This document shows positions 40,737 through 46,145 of a stretch of DNA of 46,145 bases, piece after piece. The notes beneath the pieces were generated by a model that saw nothing but the letters and a program-made list of their open reading frames with translations, did not search any database and was not told the origin of the DNA. Made by a program: the position numbers and the translations under genes. Position 1 is the first letter of the stretch. Each line of letters starts with the position of its first letter. The stretch comes from an uncultured Lachnobacterium sp. (lineage in GTDB: Bacteria; Bacillota; Clostridia; Lachnospirales; Lachnospiraceae). Where the stretch lies: NCBI GenBank assembly GCA_964628865.1, contig CAZVOY010000001.1, positions 1 to 46,145 of the forward strand, read 5' to 3'.

Positions 40737-41510
40737 TTAACTACGATTATAGTCTACTTCATAGAATTTGTGAAGAGACCAAACCTTAATATTTAATGGA
40801 GTGACTCCAGCACCACAATATTCACAGTACTTACTCCCCAATGTTTTTACTGGTGCTCCACACTGTGGACACACAGTTCCAAGAGCATTATCAAAATCTG
40901 CCAGGTCCGTGTCCTGTATGTAAACCAATTCCATATTGTACTTGGTTTGTGTCTTGCGGTTTTTCTCACCTGCAATCACTTTTCCATCCTGCTCTTTGTA
41001 GTGAAAATATCCTACTGCACTTTGAATAGTAATTACACACTTTCCGCTTACCTTTTGATAATTTGCAATTTCTGTCTGATGCACCTGTATTTCAGAATAA
41101 TTCTCTTTTATACCGTTCAGTTTATTTTCTTCAATGATATTTGCCACCTGTTTTTTGATATCATCAGAGGCATCTACCAATCTGCCTGCATCATTGGAAG
41201 AAATCGAAAGCAATGCCGATGTCAGCATATTTTCTGCTTTATACTTAAATTCCTCCCATGAAAATTCAGGAAAATCTCGCATAATTTGTGGCTCCATAAG
41301 ACGTGTCATGGACGAAACAGATTTTGGCTTTTCTGCCAAAACATCTGCATTTCGTTGAAATCCTTCCACAAAATCTTCCATACCAAACATCTGTCTGGAA
41401 AAGTTGCGCAATTTTCTCGTGACATTTCTATAAACTGTCATGATTCCAATCGCTACTCCTGAAATAACTAGCAGTTGTATCAATAACGTTATCCACTCAT
41501 ACGTAGTCAT
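40737..41510 (-). CDS. Membrane-anchored Tim44-like domain protein with a C-terminal zinc ribbon
   Basis: N-terminal TM, I..DFPEFS..EF motif and CPQCGAP.......CEYCG. Confidence 0.7.
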   Translation of the reverse strand: MTTYEWITLLIQLLVISGVAIGIMTVYRNVTRKLRNFSRQMFGMEDFVEGFQRNADVLAEKPKSVSSMTRLMEPQIMRDFPEFSWEEFKYKAENMLTSALLSISSNDAGRLVDASDDIKKQVANIIEENKLNGIKENYSEIQVHQTEIANYQKVSGKCVITIQSAVGYFHYKEQDGKVIAGEKNRKTQTKYNMELVYIQDTDLADFDNALGTVCPQCGAPVKTLGSKYCEYCGAGVTPLNIKVWSLHKFYEVDYNRS

Positions 41511-41513
41511 AAT

Positions 41514-42650
41514 TTAATCCTCGTCTGATGACATATTTTCAGGACATCCCAGGCTGAGCCATTTCAAATATCCGTTGATAAACAGATCTATATCGCCATC
41601 CATTACGTTATCTACGTTACCACTTTCCACACCTGTACGACGGTCTTTTACCATGGTGTATGGCTGCATGACATAAGAACGAATCTGATTTCCCCAGCCA
41701 ATTTCTGTAACTTCACCACGAATACCTGCGGCTTTTGCCATCTGTTCTTCCTGTTTTAAAAGATAAAGTTTTGCTTTTAACATCTGCATTGCTTTATCTT
41801 TATTTTGGAACTGAGAGCGTTCATTCTGACACTGTACGACGATGCCTGTTGGGTAATGGGTAATACGAATGGCAGAAGACGTTTTGTTGATATGCTGTCC
41901 ACCTGCACCGCTAGAACGATAGGTGTCGATTCGGATGTCTTCATCCTTTACTTCGATATCGATATCCTCTTCAATATCTGGCATCACATCACAGGACACG
42001 AAAGAAGTTTGTCTCTTTCCTGCTGCATTAAATGGTGATATACGCACTAAGCGATGCACACCTTTTTCAGATTTTAAATAACCATACGCGTTTTCTCCAT
42101 TTACCTCAAAGGTAATGGATTTTATCCCTGCTTCTTCACCATCCAGCGAATCAAGCACAGTAAGCGAAAATCCTTTTTTGTCTGCCCAACGCGAATACAT
42201 ACGAAAGAGCATCGCTGCCCAATCGCAAGACTCCGTTCCACCTGCACCTGCATGAAGAGAAACAATCGCGTTGTTTCTATCATATTCTCCAGAAAGCAGA
42301 GTTTTCATGCGGATTGCTTCGTAGGTTTCTACAAAACCATCCAACATTTCCTGTATTTCAGGAATCAAGGATGCATCATTTTCTTCATATCCCATTTCAA
42401 TCATGGTTTCGATGTCTTCGTAGCTCGATTCTAAGTTCGCATAAGTAGCTACGTCGTCCTTCATGCTCTTTAATTCCTGCATTTTTTTCTGAGAAACCGT
42501 TGGGTCATTCCAAAAATCAGGCGCTTCCATTTCTCGTTCTAATTCTTGTATTTTTTGCTGCTTATTTACTAAATCAAGTGAGTCTCTCACTTCCTGAAGC
42601 GGTGCTTTATACGTGCCAAGCACCGACTTAAAGTTGTCGAGTTCGACCAT
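41514..42650 (-). CDS. prfB: Peptide chain release factor 2 (single uninterrupted ORF)
   Basis: GAGGTES.DW, SPF anticodon motif (RISPFNA) and GGQ motif (SSGAGGQH). Confidence 0.97.
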   Translation of the reverse strand: MVELDNFKSVLGTYKAPLQEVRDSLDLVNKQQKIQELEREMEAPDFWNDPTVSQKKMQELKSMKDDVATYANLESSYEDIETMIEMGYEENDASLIPEIQEMLDGFVETYEAIRMKTLLSGEYDRNNAIVSLHAGAGGTESCDWAAMLFRMYSRWADKKGFSLTVLDSLDGEEAGIKSITFEVNGENAYGYLKSEKGVHRLVRISPFNAAGKRQTSFVSCDVMPDIEEDIDIEVKDEDIRIDTYRSSGAGGQHINKTSSAIRITHYPTGIVVQCQNERSQFQNKDKAMQMLKAKLYLLKQEEQMAKAAGIRGEVTEIGWGNQIRSYVMQPYTMVKDRRTGVESGNVDNVMDGDIDLFINGYLKWLSLGCPENMSSDED

Positions 42651-42669
42651 AGAGTCCTCCTCTTTGCAA

Positions 42670-43908
42670 TTATTCTGTTACCATTTTATTGATGACTTCC
42701 CATGCTTTTACAAACTGACTATCGTATTGTTTGTCATAGGCTTCATCTTCTGCACCCGTGTATTCATACTCCACTTCAACATCAGGAGTGATGCCTACAC
42801 CGTGAATATAATTTCCATTTGGGGTGAAGTATTTTGCCGTTGTGAGCTTGATTGCGTCTCCATCTTCCAAAGAAATAATATTCTGTACAATTCCTTTTCC
42901 AAATGTAGTTTTTCCTACAATAGTAGCGTACTCATAATCTTGTAATGCTCCAGCAAAAATTTCTGAGGCACTAGCACTATTTTCATCTGCTAATACCACT
43001 ATAGGTACATCCAAAGCTGCGCTATCGGAAGTGTATTCTTCACGATTGCCATATTTGTCTTCCACATATACGATCATGCCTTCTGGCAAGATATAATCCA
43101 CAATATTTACAACTGTAGAAAGCATACCACCTGGGTTAGCACGCACGTCTACAATCAAGCCTTTCATACCCTGAGTTTTAAACTCTTCTACCATTGCGAT
43201 GAACTGTTCATCTGTCTTAGACTGGAATTCAAGAATTTCAATATACGCGATACCATTTTCCAATATTTCGCCTTCTACACTGGTGAGTTCTACATATCTT
43301 CGCTCTACATCAAACTCTAAAGTTTCGTCTGTAGATGGACGGTAAATTACCATGTGAACAGTTGTGCCTTCTTCTCCACGAATATGTTGTACCAATTCGT
43401 CTACAGCCACACTAGTCGCTTCTACTCCGTCTGCAGAAATAATCATGTCACCATCTTTTAGACCAGCCTCTTCCGATGGTGTACCGCTGTAGACCTTTGT
43501 AATCGTCACTTCCATGGTTTCCAAATTCTGGCTCACACCTGCACCAATACCACAGTAGGTACCTGAGGTAGACACCATAAGTTCTTCGTATTCCTCTTCT
43601 GTATAATATACGGAATATGGATCACCCAAACTATCTAAGAGCGCACTGTAAAAGGATTCTTCTACCGCTTCCATATCAATATCTTCATAGTAATAAATAT
43701 TCATATAACTATAAAGCTCATCGATTTTCTCTACCATTTCGTCATCTAAAACCGATCCTGCTTCCACTGTTGATGCGCCATTTTCACCTAGAACAACAAG
43801 ATTTCCTGTACTCTTGATAAATTGGAGAATACCGACTACTAAAACAAGCGAAAAGAGAATACCTGTTAAATATCCAAAGAAAAACTTATGTCTCTTAAAA
43901 AAATTCAT
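42670..43908 (-). CDS. S41 family C-terminal processing peptidase (CtpA-like, with PDZ)
   Basis: LGDPYS.Y, GIGA, DVRANPGG, SASASEIFAGAL, TFGKG.VQ and GITPD motifs. Confidence 0.95.
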   Translation of the reverse strand: MNFFKRHKFFFGYLTGILFSLVLVVGILQFIKSTGNLVVLGENGASTVEAGSVLDDEMVEKIDELYSYMNIYYYEDIDMEAVEESFYSALLDSLGDPYSVYYTEEEYEELMVSTSGTYCGIGAGVSQNLETMEVTITKVYSGTPSEEAGLKDGDMIISADGVEATSVAVDELVQHIRGEEGTTVHMVIYRPSTDETLEFDVERRYVELTSVEGEILENGIAYIEILEFQSKTDEQFIAMVEEFKTQGMKGLIVDVRANPGGMLSTVVNIVDYILPEGMIVYVEDKYGNREEYTSDSAALDVPIVVLADENSASASEIFAGALQDYEYATIVGKTTFGKGIVQNIISLEDGDAIKLTTAKYFTPNGNYIHGVGITPDVEVEYEYTGAEDEAYDKQYDSQFVKAWEVINKMVTE

Positions 43909-43982
43909 GTTACTACCTTCTTTTAAAAAATACTTTGATGTTTATTCTACCCTATTTTTTCATTTTTTTCCACTAGGAATAT

Positions 43983-44013
43983 AAAAAAAGGAACTGCTCC
44001 TTACAACAGTTCC
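43983..44013 (-). terminator. Rho-independent terminator after ftsX
   Basis: GGAACTG (43990-43996) / CAGTTCC (44007-44013) stem followed by seven T on the minus strand. Confidence 0.8.
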
Positions 44014-44027
44014 CCTTCTTTTCGGTT

Positions 44028-44933
44028 TTATACATTTAAATGCTTGCGAATCGTCCACATACTTCCCAAGAAACCAATACCCACACCAAGTAATAAGGCG
44101 ATAGGAATAAGGCCTTGGAACAATACTCCTGGTGAAACGAAGTCCATAAGCGAACCAATCAGTGCATACTCTGCTGCCACATGTGCTACAATATTGTTGT
44201 AAATCACATATAACAAAATGAGTGGAAGTGCTGCACCTACCAAGCCGATAACCACACCTTCTACAACAAATGGTGCGCGGACAAGGAAGTCTGTAGCTCC
44301 AATCAGTTTCATAATTGAGATTTCTTCTTTTCGAACAGAAATCCCCACTGCTACAGTATTGTTAATTAAGAATATCGCTACACAAAGCAGAATCAGAATG
44401 ATTCCACCAGAAACCAGACTGAGAATTTTATTGAACTCGGTTAAGGTTTCTGCTACAGCCTGCGACTGATTTACTTCTCGTACGCCGTCAATGCTTTCTA
44501 AGTATGTTACCAAACCAGATTGCTGTGAAACATCCTTGAGATAAATCTCGTAGTTGGCAGAATTTGCCAATGGGTTTTCAGAAAATCCCTCTGCAAATTC
44601 TTCGTTTCCTTCGAAGTAATCCGCTTTAAAGCTTTCCCAAGCTTCTTCTGCTGATACATAAACGATATCTCGTACTTCGGTTCTCTTTTCAATTTCTTCA
44701 CCGATTTCCTGAATGCGCCCCTCTTCCAGACCTTCATCAAAGAATACGGTAATAGCTACACTTTCTTCGGCTGCCTGCACCATAGCATTTACGTTAAATA
44801 CCAAGATGTAGAAAATACCAAACATAAAAATACACGCTGCCATAGTAGCGATAGAGGCAATGGAAAACATTCTATTTCTTGCAATGTTTTTCAAGCCCTG
44901 TTGAACAGAATAGAAAAATGTATTAATCTTCAT
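44028..44933 (-). CDS. ftsX: Cell division permease FtsX
   Basis: KNIARNRMFSIAS, INNT...R.EEI.IMKLIGAT..FL.R.PF..EG; overlaps the ftsE stop. Confidence 0.95.
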   Translation of the reverse strand: MKINTFFYSVQQGLKNIARNRMFSIASIATMAACIFMFGIFYILVFNVNAMVQAAEESVAITVFFDEGLEEGRIQEIGEEIEKRTEVRDIVYVSAEEAWESFKADYFEGNEEFAEGFSENPLANSANYEIYLKDVSQQSGLVTYLESIDGVREVNQSQAVAETLTEFNKILSLVSGGIILILLCVAIFLINNTVAVGISVRKEEISIMKLIGATDFLVRAPFVVEGVVIGLVGAALPLILLYVIYNNIVAHVAAEYALIGSLMDFVSPGVLFQGLIPIALLLGVGIGFLGSMWTIRKHLNV

Positions 44934-45609
44934 AAGCTTCATCACCCGCTTTGCTATCGCCTACGATAACACCTTTCTGCACAGTGATTACACGCTTTTT
45001 CATGACTTTTACTATTTCCATATTGTGAGTAACAACGATAACGGTAGTACCGCGTTCATTGATCTCTTCTAGTAATTTCATGATTTCCCATGCGTTGTTA
45101 TTGTCCAAGTTTCCAGTAGGCTCGTCCGCTAATAGAATACTTGGTTCGTTGATAAGCGCTCTAGCTATTGCAACACGCTGCTGCTCTCCACCAGATAGCT
45201 CCTTTGGAAAAGAACGATACTTTGCAGCTAATCCTACCATTGACAACATAGTTGGTACTTTCTTTTTGATAGCTCTGGTAGATTCACCAATTACTTTCTG
45301 TGCAAAAGCAACGTTTTCGTATACGTTTCTATCCTTTAATAATCGGAAATCTTGGAATACTACACCAATATCTCTACGGAATTTTGGGATATGTCTTCTA
45401 CGGATTTTTCCAAGATTTTTACCATTTACGAAGATGGAACCTGCTGTTGGTTCTAACTCTTTCAGTAACAGCTTAATCATAGTAGACTTACCTGATCCAC
45501 TGTCACCTACGATAAATACAAATTCGCCATCTTCGATTTCCAGATTAACATCGTTCAGCGCAGGAATCCCTGCAGAATATGACTTGCTGACATGTTCCAG
45601 TTTAATCAT
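44923..45609 (-). CDS. ftsE: Cell division ATP-binding protein FtsE
   Basis: GDSGSGKST, GVVFQDFRLL, LSGGEQQRV and ADEPTGNLD motifs. Confidence 0.97.
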   Translation of the reverse strand: MIKLEHVSKSYSAGIPALNDVNLEIEDGEFVFIVGDSGSGKSTMIKLLLKELEPTAGSIFVNGKNLGKIRRRHIPKFRRDIGVVFQDFRLLKDRNVYENVAFAQKVIGESTRAIKKKVPTMLSMVGLAAKYRSFPKELSGGEQQRVAIARALINEPSILLADEPTGNLDNNNAWEIMKLLEEINERGTTVIVVTHNMEIVKVMKKRVITVQKGVIVGDSKAGDEAYED

Positions 45610-45711
45610 TATTTTCTCCTTACTTCATTCTTTCTGCAGGCCTAGCCTGCAGATAAATTTCGTCGCTCGTTTTGTGAAGATTTCATCTTCCCAAGCTCGC
45701 TTGCACGAAAT

Positions 45712-46145
45712 TTAATAATCAAGTGACTCCATATACTTCATGTACTTGACTACCATAAGTGCGATTCTAAATGTAATAGCATCTTCAAACACGCGAAGAT
45801 CTAGGCCAGTACTCTTCTGGAGTTTATCTAATCTATACACCAACGTATTTCTGTGGATGTATAACTGTCTTGACGTTTCCGACACGTTCAAGCTGTTTTC
45901 AAAGAACTTATTGATGGTAGTTAGCATTTCCTCATCAAATTCATCTGGTGATTTGCCATCAAAAATTTCTTTAATAAACATCTTACAAAGTGGAATAGGA
46001 AGCTGATAAATCAAACGTCCAATGCCAAGCTGCGAGTATGCAATCACGTCTTTTTCTTCAAAGAAAATCTTACCTACATCAAGCGCCATACGCGCTTCTT
46101 TGTAAGAACGAGATACTTCTGTTAATTGATTTACGATCGTACCAT
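45712..46145 (-). CDS. PucR/CdaR-family transcriptional regulator, C-terminal part (5' end outside the window)
   Basis: HTH NSLNVSETSRQLYIHRNTLVYRLDK. The frame stays open to the window edge (GTIVNQLTEVSRSYKEARM...). Confidence 0.92.
   Translation of the reverse strand, partial: GTIVNQLTEVSRSYKEARMALDVGKIFFEEKDVIAYSQLGIGRLIYQLPIPLCKMFIKEIFDGKSPDEFDEEMLTTINKFFENSLNVSETSRQLYIHRNTLVYRLDKLQKSTGLDLRVFEDAITFRIALMVVKYMKYMESLDY

Noticed and set aside
45059..45715. Long plus-strand ORFs (also 29670..30320, 28764..29165, 38053..38478, 16815..17219 and other short ones)
   Set aside because: They are antisense shadows of well-supported minus-strand genes, with no recognisable motifs.

Overview
Chromosomal window from a low-GC Bacillota, probably a Lachnospiraceae-type clostridium (inferred from gene content and order; no search was run). 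Nearly all genes are on the minus strand. The right part (26.4-46.1 kb) is housekeeping: PucR-type regulator, ftsE, ftsX, S41 protease, prfB (no programmed frameshift), Tim44/zinc-ribbon and SPFH proteins, ACT regulator, hom, apgM-like, glpK, comF, yvyF-like, two membrane proteins, cdaA, cdaR, glmM, HPr and leuA. This runs almost without gaps into a ~25.7 kb surface-glycan locus (760-26411). The locus holds a priming transferase, three glycosyltransferases, a decayed wzm::GT2 chimera, an intact wzm/wzt pair (Wzt with a C-terminal domain) and a methyltransferase-coiled-coil-GT2-GT4 protein. It continues with an AT-rich cassette (GT-C-like membrane protein, rfbF, rfbG, rfbH, YerE-like ThDP enzyme, SDR, GtrB-like GT2), then GT8, a pyruvyltransferase-family protein, an FrhB-like Fe-S protein and a Wzx flippase. 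The strongest candidate for an undescribed system is a lipid-carrier (GtrB/GT-C) route that adds a branched 3,6-dideoxysugar (yersiniose-like) to a methyl-capped, ABC-exported wall glycan. Two damaged IS elements lie at the left end. The IS110 has ends that would rebuild a TTGACT-N17-TATAAT promoter on circularisation in front of a structured candidate bridge RNA. The IS66 sits directly after the locus terminator. All product calls come from recognising motifs by eye.
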